The position numbers and the translations under genes were made by a program. From contig CAVVHA010000008.1 in NCBI GenBank assembly GCA_963747925.1, positions 8,736 to 72,735 on the forward strand: a stretch of 64,000 nucleotides of DNA. The letters run 5' to 3'. Below the pieces are notes generated by a model, which was not told the origin of the DNA, did no database searches, and saw only the letters and a list, made by a program, of their open reading frames with translations. This document shows, piece by piece, positions 30,732 through 42,905 of this stretch. The number at the start of each line of letters is the position of its first letter. Position 1 is the stretch's first letter. This DNA comes from an uncultured Acidobacteriota bacterium (lineage in GTDB: Bacteria > Acidobacteriota > Polarisedimenticolia > QHYA01 > CAVVHA01).

Positions 30732-33700
30732 ATGGAACTGCTCGGCTTGCTCGCCATGCTGGTCGTCACCGGGCTGCTGATCGTCCCGGCGGTGCTCGCG
30801 ATCCTCGCCCTCGTCCGCCTCCAGGAGCTGCGCGCCAGGCTCGAGCGATCGCAGGCCGAGCCGCTGGAACAGCGCCTCGACACCCTCGAAAGACGCCTGC
30901 AGCGGCTCGAGCAGTCGTTCGGGACGCTCAGGGTGCCGCGCCGGTGCCGCCGCGGGAGCTCCCGCCGGAGCCCCCGCCGGCGCGGATGGAGCCGCGCAGC
31001 CCATCCCGTCCCGTGGAGCGGGGTGGCCGACCGGTGAGGGCGCGCCGGCCTCTTCCGCGCCCGTGGCGGGGAGCGCTGCTCCTGAAGCAGGCGTCCCGCC
31101 GCCCCCGCTTCCCCCGGCGCGGCCGGTCACACCCCCCACACCCGGCCAGGCGGCGGCCGGGGGAGCACCCTTGCCGTCGGGCGCCCGGTTTGCCGGAGGA
31201 ACCGCCGCTCCCCTCGGCCGCCGGGTCCCGTCCCCCGGCTGCGACCGCGGCGGGCGGCGCCACGATCCCGTCAACAGCGAGCATGCCGTCCGTTCCTTCC
31301 GGCGCGGCGCCGACTGCTCCGGCGCCGCCCCCGCCTCCCGCCTCCGCGATCGACTGGGAGCGCTGGCTCGGCCTGCGCGGCGCGGCGGTGCTGGGCGCCG
31401 CCGCCCTCGCCCTGGCCGGGCTCCTCTTCTTCCAGTATTCGATCCAGCACGGGCTCATCACCCCGGCGATGCGGGTCGTCATCGGCGTGGCGGTGGGCGC
31501 GGGCTGCATGGTCGCCTCCGAGCTTCTCCGCCCGCGCGGCTACCGCTACACCGCCGAGGGACTCGGGGGAGCCGGCGCCGTCATCCTCTACGCCGCGTTC
31601 TGGTCGGCGCACGCCCTGTACGAGCTGATCGGCCTGGGGACCTCGTTCGGCCTCATGGCGGCCGTGACGGCGGCCTGCTGCGTCCTCTCGGTCCGCTCCG
31701 GCACGCAGACCGTCGCCCTGCTCGGCCTCGTCGGCGGGTTCGCGACGCCGCTCATCCTGAAGAGCGAAGTGGACCGGACGCTCGGGCTGTTCGGCTACAT
31801 CCTGCTGCTCGATGTCGGCCTGCTCGCGGTCGGGTGGAAGAGGCGATGGCCCTGGCTCGGCGCCCTCAGCCTCGCCGGCACGGTCCTCATCCAGGCCCTC
31901 TGGGTCGGCTCGCGCATGGGCCCGTCCCGGCTGCTGCTCGGGGTCGCGATGCTGGGACTCTTCGCGCTCCTCTTCGCGGTGGCGGGAGAGCTCGCGCCGG
32001 CGGGGAACCCGCGCGAGCGCCGGGCCTGGGTCGCGAGCCAGGCCGGCGCGATCCTCCTGCCCTTCACCTTCGCGCTCTACTTCGCGGGCCGGACCGATTT
32101 CGGCCCGCGCCTGCTGCCGGTCGCGCTGCTCCTCGCGCTGCTCGCCGCCGCGGCCGGGTGGATCGGGCGCGCGCAGGGCGCGCGCTGGCTCGGCACCGGC
32201 GCGGCGGCCGGCTGCGTGGTCACGATCGGGCTCTGGCTCGTCCAGCGTCCTCTTTCGACGTCCGGGGCCTGGGAAGCGGCGGGGGTCGCCGTCGGCCTCG
32301 CGCTGATCTTCCACGTCTTCGTCGAGCTCGATCCGGCGCAGCGACGGGGCCGACGGGCCCGCCCCCGCGGCCGTCATCGCCGCCGCCGGATTCATCCTCC
32401 TGTTCTTCCTTGTCGCCGGCCTCGCGCCCCAGGTCTCCCTTCCACCGCTGCTCGCCGCCTGGCTCGTCCTCGCCGCGATCCTCTACCGCCACGCCTCCTT
32501 CCCGGGGCGCGGGGCGCTCCAGGTCGCGGGCGCCGCCGGAGCCGCTTTCGGGATCTCCCTGTTCCGCGGGTCGAAGTTCGGGTCGGACCTCGCGCTCGAT
32601 CCCGCGGTCGCGACCGGCCTCGCCGTCGGCGCCGCAGGCCTGGCCCTGGCGGTGGCGTGGGTCCGCCGCGACGCGGCAGGAGCGGGCGTTCGCGCTTCAT
32701 GCCGCCGCGGTGGCGGCCCTGCTCCTGATGCCCCTTCCGATCTGGACTCCCCTCCTGCGCGGCATCGGGGTCGGCCAGGGGGTCGCGGCGACGATCGTCC
32801 TGGGACTCGCTCGCGCTCGTCGCGGCGACGCTTCTGCGGTCGGGACGATGGTACGCGTGCGCGACCGCGGCGACGGTGCTCGTGCGTCTCCGCGTGGACG
32901 CTGCTCCACACCGCGGCGGCGGGGACCGCGGATCCCCTGGTGCAGTTCTTCCGGCTCGGCGGGAGCGGGGCCCCGGTGGCGCTCGGTCTCTCTCCATCTC
33001 GCATGCTCCTGGCCCTGCTCCTGCAGGGAGTCGCCGTCGTCCTGTTCACCGCCTGGCCTTTCCGCGCCCGCGCCGGCCTTCGAGTGCCGACCGGTGGGCC
33101 TGGCGCACCGCGGCCCTCGCCGGCCCGGCGCTGTTCTGGCCGATGAAGGTCCTCTGGACGGCGCGGCTGGGGGACGGGGCGATCGGGCTCCTGCCGCTGC
33201 TGCTCGGCGCGGTCTCGCTGGCCGCCGCCCTCGCGGCGCGCCGCGCGCGCCCCTCGCCGGGCAGCCCCGAGACTGAGCCGGCTGGTCTGGTTCTCCGCGG
33301 CCGCGCTTTCCTTCGCCGCCATCGCCGTCCCGCTGCAGCTCGAGCGGGAATGGATCACGATCGGCTGGGCCCTCGAGGGCGCGGCCATCGTCCTGCTCTG
33401 GAAGCGGCTCGATCACCCGGGACTCAAGTGGCTCGCGCTGGGGCTCCTGTCCGCCTCGGCCCTGCGGCTGATCGCGAACCCGGCGATCCTCGCCTACCAC
33501 CCCCGCTCCGCCTCGCGCATCCTGAACTGGCTCCACTACACGTACCTCGTCCCCGCGGCCGCGATGCTGGCGGCCTCGAGCCTCCTGCGCCCGCTCGAGG
33601 CGGGCCGCGCGCGGGCGTGGGAGAAGGAGCTCTACGCCGCGGGCCGGCCCGTCGCCGGCGCGATCGCGGGCTTCGGGGGAATCGCCGTCCTCTTCGCCTG

Positions 33701-34037
33701 GATCAACCTCGCGATCGCCGACTTCTGGGCGACGGGCGACCAGATCGTCCTCTTCGCGGGCCGGGTTCCCGCGCGCGACCTCACGCTCTCGATCGCGTGG
33801 GGCGTCTATGCGCTGGTGCTGCTCGGCGTCGGCATGTCGCGCGACATGACGGCGCTGCGCTGGATCAGCCTCTCGTTCCTGGTGCTGACGATCCTGAAGG
33901 TCTTCCTCTACGACCTCGGCGAGCTGCGCGACCTCTACAGGGTCGCCTCGCTCGTCGGCCTCGCGGCCTCGCTGATCCTCGTGTCGCTACTGTACGCGCG
34001 CTTCGTCTTCCGGCGGGAGAAGACGGGACAGGGGTGA
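30732..34037 (+). CDS. DUF2339 family large polytopic membrane protein (~1100 aa); at least 4 frameshifts
   Basis: Start MELLGLLAMLVVTGLLIVPAVLAILALVRLQELRARLERSQAE (coiled N-terminus). The TM body is in ORFs 30692-32728, 31063-33276 and 32876-34105. The characteristic C-terminus is in ORF 33564-34037 (…LSFLVLTILKVFLYDLGELRDLYRVASLVGLAASLIL). Confidence 0.7.
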
Positions 34038-36680
34038 TCCGCCCTCCGGGGCGCCCGCCGGGGGACCCTGCGGCGCCTCGGCCCCCGCGGGCGCGTAGAT
34101 GGTGACGAGCGCGGGGCGCGACCGCTGCTCCCCGGCCCGCGCCTCGATCCGGTGCTCTCCGGGGGACAGCGGCCACGAGACCGAGTAGGGGGCCGCCACG
34201 CGCGCGAAGCTCTTCCCGTCGACCGTCCAGATCACCTCGGCGGGCCGGCCGCGCACGCTGCAGCGAAACTCGATCGTCTGGAACCTGCGCGGCAGGTCGG
34301 GCGAAAGGAGGAAGGTGTCGCCGTCCGCTGGCGCGAGGACCGCGATCGGGGCCCCGCGCGTGGGGTCCACCCTGGAATCGGCGCCCGCGCCGGGTGAGCC
34401 CTGATCCGGCGACGGGGCCCGGCGAGCCCGGCCCCCCCGTCCACGCCGCCGGAGCTGCCGTTGGCGAACAGCGCTCCTGATCGAGTTCCTTCGCCCCCGC
34501 CCGCGGCGACGGACGCGCTCGCGGCCGCATCGAGGTCGTCCACGAGTCCCTCCGCCACGGCCCAGTCCAGGTACAGGGGAGGCCAGGCGACCGCGATCCG
34601 GCCGTCCTCGCGCCTGACGTGCCAGCCGCAGCTCGCGGCCGGCTCCTGGCCGCGGCGGAGAAGCTCCACGACCGACACCGGGCAGGCCGGCGACGGGCGC
34701 AGGCCGGACAGGGCGCACACGGGGACCCTGACCATCCCCCCGGGCGGCGGAACGAGCGTTTCCCTCATCCCCTCGGTCCCCTCGGGGTGCTCCAGCTCGG
34801 CCCAGGCCAGCATGACCTCCCGCCAGACCGCCCCCGCGCCCGAAACCCCGGAGACGTTTCCCATGGGGGCGCGGTTGAAGTTCCCGCACCAGACCCCGAC
34901 GACCACCTCGCGGGTTCCCCCGAGGCACCAGTTGTCGCGGAACCCCTCGCTCGTGCCGGTCTTCACCGCCGCCGGGAACGGGAGCCGCAGCACGCTCCAG
35001 AGACCGAAGGCGGGCGCCCGCGCCTCCGGGTCGGCCAGGATGTCGCTCACCTGGGCGGCCGCCTCCTCCGAGAAGACGCGGCGCGGGGCGGGCAGCGAGG
35101 GGCGCCCGCTCACGCGCCCGCGCGCGTCGAGCGCCGCGCGCCACGACGTCGCCGGCCGCCACTCCCCTCCCCGGATCAGCGCGGCGTACGCCTGGGCGAG
35201 CTCGTCGAGGCGGACCTCGCCCGCGCCGAGCGTGAGGCCGAGGCCGTACGCGTCGGCTCCTCCCGTCAGCGTGCCGATCCCCGCGGCGCGGAGCGCCTCG
35301 AGGAGCCTGTCGGTCCCGATCGCCCCGAGCAGCTCGGCCGCCGGCAGGTTCACGGAGCAGGCGAGCGCCTCGCGCGCGCGCACCGGTCCGTGCCACTTCT
35401 CGTCGTAGTTGCGCGGGGCCCAGGTCCCCCCCGTCCAGGTGAACGCATGGGGGATGTCGGGGAGGACCGTCGCCGGCGTGAAGCCGTGGTCGAAGGCCGC
35501 GGCGTAGGTGAAGGGCTTCAGGGCGGATCCGGGCTGGCGCGGCGCGCGCGTCCCGTCGATCCAGCGCCCGGGCGCCGCGCCGTCGAGGCCGGACCCCTCG
35601 AGCGCGAGCCACTCGCCGCGGCGGACGTCGAGGACCACGACCGCCATCTGCTGGACTCCGTGCACGGCCAGGTCGGCGAGCTGCCTGCGGACGAGCGCCT
35701 CGACGCGGGACTGGAGCGCGCCGTCGAGCGTGGTGACGATGCGCGCCGCTCCCGCCGGGATCCGCGCGGCTCCGGACTCCGCGCCTCCCGGGGGCAGGGT
35801 CCCGCGGGGCGCGCCTGCGGGGGACGGGGAGCGGGCGGCGGCCGTCGCGGGCCCGGCATCCTGCAGGCCCGTCTCCTCGAGCACGCGCCGGACGAAATGC
35901 GGCGCCTCCATCCGGAACGGAGCGCGGGCGAGCACCGGCTTCTCCGCGAGGGCCGCCCGGTAGGAGGCGTCGTCGAGCCAGTCCGCCGCGCGCATCCTCG
36001 CCAGCACGGCGTCGCGGCGCGCCTCGAGCACGGCCGGGCTCTTCCAGGGGTTCGCGCGCGACGGCGCTCGCGGCACGCTCGCGAGGAGCGCCGCCTCCGC
36101 CGGGGAAAGCTGCGCCGCCGGCTTGCCAAGGTAGACCAGCGCGGCCGCTTCGTATCCGACGACGCGGTTCCCCATCGGCGCGCGCGACAGGTACTCCGCG
36201 AGGATGCGCCGCTTCCCGAGCGAGAGCTCGAGGCGCACGGCGAGCAGGCGCCTGGCGGAGCTTGGCGGCCGCCCCGCGCGGGCGCGGATCGAGGATCCTC
36301 GCGAGCTGCATCGACAGCGTGGAGCCGCCCGAGACGATCCGGCCGGCGCGGGCGTTCTGCCACGCGGCCCGGACGACCGCGGCCGGATCCACCCCCGGGT
36401 GCCACCAGAACCGCCGGTCCTCCGCCGCGAGGACGGCATGCTCGAGCTGCTCCGGGATGTCGGCCGGGTCGAGCGGGCGGTACCGCAGGCCATCGTCCGA
36501 CGGCACGAGCCGCAGCAGCGCGCCGCGGCGGTCCACCACCTCCACGAGCGGGCGCGGGGCGCGGGCGAGGAGGGGGCCCGGGGCGGGCGTGGCCGCGACG
36601 AGCGCCAGCCACGCCCCGCCGCACAGGGCCGCCGCCGCGAGCCCCCACGACAACGCGCGCCGCCGCCCTGCCGGACCCAT
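33987..36680 (-). CDS. pbpC: Penicillin-binding protein 1C (transglycosylase/transpeptidase); frameshifted; 3' end uncertain
   Basis: N-terminus and TG domain inside the 2319-aa ORF (EDRRFWWHPGVDPAAVVRAAWQN…GGSTLSMQLARIL). The TP domain and PBP-C domain are in ORF 34232-36493 (…SALKPFTYAAAF…KTGTSEGFRDNWCLG). The C-terminal domain (RCSVRGRPAEVIWTVDGKSFA…GEHRIEA) is in the 2319-aa frame. The ATG lies 2 nt after the A2M stop. Confidence 0.8.
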   Translation of the reverse strand: MGPAGRRRALSWGLAAAALCGGAWLALVAATPAPGPLLARAPRPLVEVVDRRGALLRLVPSDDGLRYRPLDPADIPEQLEHAVLAAEDRRFWWHPGVDPAAVVRAAWQNARAGRIVSGGSTLSMQLARILDPRPRGAAAKLRQAPARRAPRALAREAAHPRGVPVARADGEPRRRIRSGRAGLPWQAGGAAFPGGGGAPRERAASAVAREPLEEPGRARGAPRRRAGEDARGGLARRRLLPGGPRGEAGARPRSVPDGGAAFRPARARGDGPAGCRARDGRRPLPVPRRRAPRDPAPGRRGVRSRADPGGSGAHRHHARRRAPVPRRGARPQAARRPGRARSPADGGRGPRRPPRRVARARGVRPRRRGARALDRRDARAAPARIRPEALHLRRGLRPRLHAGDGPPRHPPCVHLDGGDLGPAQLRREVARTGARARGARLLREPAGGRAARGDRDRQAPRGAPRRGDRHADGRSRRVRPRPHARRGRGPPRRARPGVRRADPGRGVAAGDVVARGARRARARERAPLAARPAPRLLGGGGRPGERHPGRPGGAGARLRSLERAAAPVPGGGEDRHERGVPRQLVPRGNPRGGRRGLVRELQPRPHGKRLRGFGRGGGLAGGHAGLGRAGAPRGDRGDEGNARSAARGDGQGPRVRPVRPAPVAGLPGVGRGASPPRPGAGRELRLARQARGRPDRGRLASPVPGLGRGGGTRGRPRCGRERVRRRGRGRRNSIRSAVRQRQLRRRGRGGRARRAPSPDQGSPGAGADSRVDPTRGAPIAVLAPADGDTFLLSPDLPRRFQTIEFRCSVRGRPAEVIWTVDGKSFARVAAPYSVSWPLSPGEHRIEARAGEQRSRPALVTIYAPAGAEAPQGPPAGAPEGGSPLSRLLPPEDEARVQ

Positions 36681-36682
36681 GA

Positions 36683-39600
36683 TCACTCCCGCCCGGGGGC
36701 GAACACCTCGAAGGAGCCCCCCGCCGTCGTCGCGAAGATCTCGGGCGCGTACATCCTCTCCGCGTGCGCGGGCGCCAGGATGAACGTCCCCGGCGTCGTC
36801 GCCCGGCAGCGGACCTTCGTGCGGTGCGTTCCGGCGGGCAGGTAGGTGGCGTAGAGCACGATCCGGTCGTCCCTCAGCTCCACGTGGTCGAACCCCGGGA
36901 TTTCCCAGAACGACCAGGCGTCGTCGGCGAACTCCCCGTCCGGCGCTTCCACCGTCTCTCCTTCCGCCCCGGCGGGCGCCCGCGCGGTGGTCGCGAGGTT
37001 CGGATCGATCGCCTCCAGCCCGGCGGGGAGAGGCGCTTCGATCGCGACGAACCTCCCGTCCGTCGTCGAGGAGACGGCGAGCTCGAGCGTCACCTCCCCG
37101 CCCGCCGCGACGCCCCCCGACTCCCGTCCCTCCGCGTCGAGGAACCGGCGCTCGAGGCTCATCCCCTGCGCGCTGCCGGTCCCCCCGCCGCGCGATGCGT
37201 ACGCAAGCAGGACGGAGGCGTGCGCCGTCCCGGTTCCCTCCACGCGGACAGCGAGCGGCAGGGTCCCCTTCGCGGCGCCCCCGGCGCGCTTCTGCAGCTC
37301 CGGCCATCCCCACCTTCGCGCTGACCGGCGGCGAGGAGCGGTCCTCGAAGAGCCCCTTCAGGAGCGGCGCTCCTCCGAGCGACGCGACCGCCTCGAACCG
37401 GCCCGGGGGGCCTTCGCGCAGCGCGGCGTACGAGGCGAGCGACTGGAGCATCCACGCCGCGTCCTGCGTGTCGAGCCAGCGGTCGCGCGCCAGGTGGTCC
37501 ACGAGCCCGGCGGCCAGGCGCTCCCCCACCGGATCGTCCGGGCCGGCGGCGAGCAGCGCGAGGAGCGCCATCGAGCTGCCGCGCGGCTCGCTCCACCAGA
37601 ACCACCAGCCCCAGCCCGGCTCCTCCTCCTTCAGGCGCGCCTCGCGGGCTTCGACGGTGAGGGCGTTGCGGACCTCCTGGAGCAGCGGTGCGGCGCGGGG
37701 ATCCGCGCGGTCGGAGCCGAGCATCGCCGCCGCCAGCAGCGCCCTCCCCCAGACCGGGCGCCCCTCGCGCCTGTCGTAGAGCCACTGGTAGTAGGACGGC
37801 TCGGCCTTGCCGATCCGCTGCAGCGCGAACGAGGCGAGGACCTTGACCGTCCACCCGTCCCGCTCACCCCAGGGCATGAACTGCGACCGGAGGACCTGGG
37901 AGAGGTACTCGCCGCCGCGGTCCACCATCCCCTGATCGACCGGCACGCCCGCCTCGCGCGCCGCGGCGAGCGCCCAGACCACGTGGGCGGTGAGAACGGC
38001 GCTCTCCCCCCCGCGTCCCTCGGCCCAGAACGCGAAGCCGCCCGACGGGCGCTGGTACGAGGCGAGCCTGCGGACCGTCGCGGCCGCCCAGGCGCCGGTC
38101 TCGACCCCGTCCACCTCCCGCGGCGCGAACCCCGGCCCGAGCCTCTGCGCGGCGAGGATCCCGAGCAGCCGCGAGGAGACCTGCTCGGCGCAGCGGTGCG
38201 GATACCCGTCGAGGAACGTCGCTCCGCGCGCGGCGCCGATCAGGGCGGTCGGGGCGAGCGTGACCTCGAGCCCCCCCGTCGAAGGGAAGACATCGCGCGG
38301 GACGACGATCGCCTCCTCGGCCTTCTTCGAGGTCGAGAAGAAGGTCGCCACGGTCTCCCGCGGCGCGGCGGCGATGACGGGGAGAGGCACTTCGAGCGCG
38401 TCGCGCTCGCTCGCAAGCCCCGCGCCCTCTCCCGGCGCCGCCATCGCGGCGTCGGTCGTCTGCGCCTCGAACCGCACCCGCGCGATGCCCGGGGCGAGCC
38501 CCGCGAATCCGAACCGGACCTCGACCGGATCCCCCCGCGGGGACCAGGACTGTCCGGCGCGCAGGCCCATCGATCCGGGCCGGCAGCAGAGCGGGCGCGG
38601 CGGCGGGAGCGGCCTGCCGCCCGTCCGCCGCCGGAGCCGCCTCCCCGTCACGGCCGCGCGCACCTCGACCTGGCGATCGAAACCCGAGCGGTTTCGCACG
38701 ACGACGCCCGCCTGCGCCGCGTCATCGGGCCTCAGGAACCGCGGCAGGGCCGGCTCGAGGCCGACCGGCTTCGTGGCGCGCAGCTCGGCGTCGCCGGAGC
38801 CGAACTCCTCGACCCCCGCCACCGCCACCGCCATGACGCGGTACGTCGTGAGCGAGTCGGGCAGCGCGAAGGAGACCGTGGTCCGTCCATCCTCGCCCGT
38901 GACCACGTCCCCCTTCCAGACGGCGAGCGCCCGGAAGTCGGTCCGGAGCTGGTCACCCCCCTCGAGGACGCCGCCCCCTCCGCCGCTCTTCGCCCCCTTG
39001 GTGCCGTACGAACGGCGGCCGACCAGGCGCGTGCGCGATTCCGAGGTCGTGACGCCGAGTCCCTGCCGCTCGAAGAAGACCGCCATCGGATCGGGGGTCC
39101 TGTAGCCGGTCAGCTGGAGCACGCCGGCGTCGACGGCCCAGAGGGTCACCGCGGCGCGACGCGGGGCCCCGTCCGCCCCGGCGACGGTGAGCGCGACGCT
39201 CGCCGTTCCTCCCGGGCGGTACTCCGCCCGCTCCGGCGCGACCTTCACGGCGAGGCGGCGCCCCACGGGCGGCACCGTCAGCTCGCAGTACCCGATCCGG
39301 TAGGCGGGCCGGCCCGGGTCGGCCAGCTCGGGATCGGGACGCGCGTCGATCCGGCCGCGCAGGACGACCACCGAGACGAACACGTTCGGCACGTCCTCCT
39401 CCGCCACCCTCACCTCCAGGACCGGCATCGTCCCCGCGAGCGTTTCCACCCGCGTTTCGAGGATCCCGGACCTCTCGACCGTGACGAGGGCCGTCGCGTT
39501 CTCCCAGGGCGACTTGACGAGGATCCGGGCCGTTTCGCCCGGCGCGTAGCTCTCCCGCTCGGCGACCAGCTCGATCCGGTTCCCCCGGTCGAAGCGCCAG

Positions 39601-42600
39601 GCCGAGTACCCCTGGCCGAACATGTAGAACGCCGTGGAGGACTCGACGGCGTTGCCGCGCCCGTCGCCCGCGGTTGCGACCACCGCGTAGTAGCCCCCTT
39701 CCTTCGCGTCGAGGCGGACGGCGGCGGGTTCCGCCGCGCTGACCACCTCGGTCTGCGCGACGGTCTCGTCCACGGGACGGGACTCGAACTCGTAGCGGCC
39801 GCCGGCGTCGCGGCGCCGGACCGATTCCCAGTGGCGGCGGACCAGCGACACCTTGATCGTCACGCCCGGGACAGGCTCTCCCGCCGGGGAGAGGGCCACG
39901 ACCGACGTCTCCACGCCTGCCGCGGTGTCGAGGAAATAGCCCGGGCGCTTCACGCCGATCGCGAATTCCCCCGGGAGCACCAGGACCGATGCCCGCGCCG
40001 CCGAGCGCTGCCTGTCGATGTCCGTGACCTCGGCCTCGACGGTCAGCCGCGCAGGCCACTTCCCGTCCGACTCGACGCGGGGCAGGTTCACCGCCAGGCG
40101 CCCGCGCGCGTCGAGCGCCCCTTCCCCCTTCGCGACCGGGGGCGGGGCCGGCCTCCTCCTGTCCGGGCCGTCCTCGTCGGCGTCCTCGTCGAAACCGGCC
40201 GGCGCGAACTCGAACCCATCCCACCGCGTCCCTTTCGGACGCCACCACTCCTGCGCGGCCTGCACCGACCAGGCGACGCGCGCCCCCGCCATGGCGCCGC
40301 CGGAGAGGTAGGAGCCCTCGATCTCCGCCTCCAGCGGGTCGCCGGCGATCAGCGTGTCGCGCGGCGTCGTCACCCCGACCCGGAAACGGGGCCGGCGGAA
40401 CTCGGCCACCAGGAATCCGCCCTGCGCGCGCCACCACGAGGCCGAGCGGCCGAACGACTTCTTCTGCTCGTCGTAATCGGACGCGAGGATGACATCCCAC
40501 GTCCCGAGGGGCGCCCCCTGCGGGACCTCGACCTCGAGCTCGGCGGCCCCCCAGTCGTCGAGAGTGGCGCGGCGGACGAGGGCATCGTTCCCGCGGCTGT
40601 CGCGCACGACGAACACCACCTCGCGCCCTTCGGGGAGCCGCAGGTCGCGGTTGGCGCGCCGGCGCAGCACCGCCTTGACGCGCACCGACTCGCCCGGACG
40701 GACGGCGCCGCGGTCCGGCCAGACCATCCCGGCGACCGGCTTCTCCTCGCTCCAGTCCACGGGGAGGTTGAATTCCCAGCCCCGGTGCCCTTCGTACCAG
40801 GAGGTCTTCGCGTAGGCGAGGTCTTCGCCGACGCGGGCCGTGACGAACAGGGCGCGCTTCGTCTCCTGCGGGGCGGGCGCCCGGGGCCCCTTCCTCCTCG
40901 CCGTACCAGGGTTTCGCGGCGCCGATGTCGGGCGGCGTGCGCGCAAGCCCGTTCGCGTCGGAGGTTCCCTCCCAGAGAACGCGGTTCGCCGCGTCGCGGG
41001 CGCGCACGATCGCCCCGCCGACCGGCGCGCCGTCCTTGAGGCGCGTCACCCAGACCAGGAGCCCTTCGTGCCACGTGCTCTTGACGGTGAGCCCGAGCCC
41101 CGTCACCTGCGTGATCGCCGAGCGCGGCGCCCGCAGGGCGCGGAGCTCCTCCGAGTTGTACTCGGAGCCGGAGAGGACCGCGCCCGCCTGGACCTGCGAC
41201 CAGACGATTCCCGGCCTGCCGCCCAGGACGGGATCGAGCTCGAGCGGGCTGACAAGGCGGGCGTCGGACGGGGCGGCGAGCTTCGCCGTCTGCGCACCGG
41301 CGGGCAGGGACTCCGGTTCGGGCCGGGCGCCCCACCCGCGCCGCGGGGCCAGCAGTCCGGCGAGCTGCTCCTCCTCGATCCGTGCGTGGATGACCCGGTA
41401 GTCCAGGACGTTCGTGCTGGCGAGCGGAAGCCGGCGCGGACCGTCCCATTCCAGGACGCCGTCCCCCTGAACGAGGTTGAACCGTGGCGGGCGATGCCCC
41501 GTGCGAAGCAGGCCGCACCAGGGGAAGCCGAGCGGCTCGCCGGCCTCATCGGGCGCGGCGGCATCGAGGCAGAGTTCGTACTGCCGTCCCGCTTCGAGTC
41601 CGAGCGGAGCGAGCGTGAGCTCGACATCCGCGGCGCTCCACCACCAGGTGTCCTCCGCGGCCTTGACCGTCCGCCATCCGGCCTCCCCCGCCGGCCGCCA
41701 GCGCACGAACGGGGCCAGCTCCTTCCACCGGACTGCCGCGGTGAAGGTCAGCGCGGCCTGCTCGGGGTCGATTCCCTCCGCCCCCGCGCGGCGGCCCGAG
41801 AAGTTGAGCGGGGCGAACGGCCACGGGGTTGCGAAGCCCGCGGATGTCCGGGCGGGGCCGGGCTCGGGGCCTTCGAGACTGCGCACCCCCTCCGCGACCT
41901 CGACCACGATCCGCGCCGCCGGCGGCCACGGGCCGCGCGGGCGGATCCTGAAGACCCTGTGCGGGAAAGCGGGGTCGGGCTCGAGGTCGAAGGGAACCTC
42001 GCCCTGCGGGGCCCCGCGCGCGGCCGCGAGGAACCTGCTTCCAGGCTCCGTAAGCGCGGGGGTCGCTTCTCTCGAGGGCGGAGCTCGCCTCGGCGGTGAG
42101 GACCCCGTCGGCGCCCACGACCGGCCGCGGCCACGAGCGGACCTTCAGGCGCCCGGCGAGCGAGCCGTCGTCCACCGGCTGGTTCCAGACCACCAGGATC
42201 GGATCCTGGCTCTCGAGAGCCGGCTGCAGCCAGTCATTCGCCACCCCGTCCTTCCAGTGGTCGATCCATTTGAAGAGGTCGTCGTACCCCTGGCCGGGCT
42301 CCCCCGCCACGACAGGCTCGGGCGGCTGCGTCGCGAACTCGAAGGCGTAGTCGTCGGCGAGGGTCCCGCCCCCGATCGCGCGCAGCCCCTTCGCGATCCT
42401 GACCCGGTACCGTGTCGCGAGGGGAAGCGCCTGGCCCGGCTCGCCGACCAGCGTCGCCGTCCCGGCCCAGCGCCAGCGGGCGAGGATCGGCGGGGAGACC
42501 TCGAGCCAGTCCGGGGGCGCGGCGCCCGGATCGGGGGCGGCCAGGGGGACCACCGGCGCGCTGAAGACGATCTGGATCCGGTCGCTCCCTGTCCGCCCCT

Positions 42601-42745
42601 CGGGCCGCCCCTGCGGCGAGGCGCTGAGGACCCGGAGCGCGGGCGCCTGGGACGGGGCGGGGAGCGCGGAGGCGGGGAGCGCGGACGCGAAGAGCGCAGC
42701 GGAGAAGAGCACGCACCCGAGGAGACTCGTCATGGATCTGGTCAC
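36683..42745 (-). CDS. Bacterial alpha-2-macroglobulin family lipoprotein (YfhM-like, ~2000 aa); many frameshifts
   Basis: Lipoprotein signal MTSLLGCVLFSAALFASA (ORF 41546-42745). MG domains are in ORF 38953-41907 and the 2319-aa ORF. The thioester/TED region (LDGYPHRCAEQVSSRLLGILAAQ, i.e. CxEQ) is present. The receptor-binding-like C-terminus is in ORF 36683-37243. Confidence 0.8.
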
Positions 42746-42905
42746 AGCGATTCTCCCGAAGCCCGGGGGGCCTCAGCCGATCGATCGGCCAAGTCTACTC
42801 CGTAGGTCCGCGTGCCGGGACGCGGCTCCGCGTCGCCCTGCGGCAGGCGCTGCGGGAGAGGAACATCGAAGGCCCGGGCCTGGACAGCGCGGCGAAGCTA
42901 CACGG

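Noticed and set aside
33987-40946. 2319-aa ORF on the minus strand
   Set aside because: It is a composite. It strings the pbpC N-terminus, the A2M middle section and long Arg/Gly/Pro junk translated from wrong frames of the A2M gene. In ~70 % GC DNA stop codons are rare, so frameshifted genes fuse into giant pseudo-ORFs.
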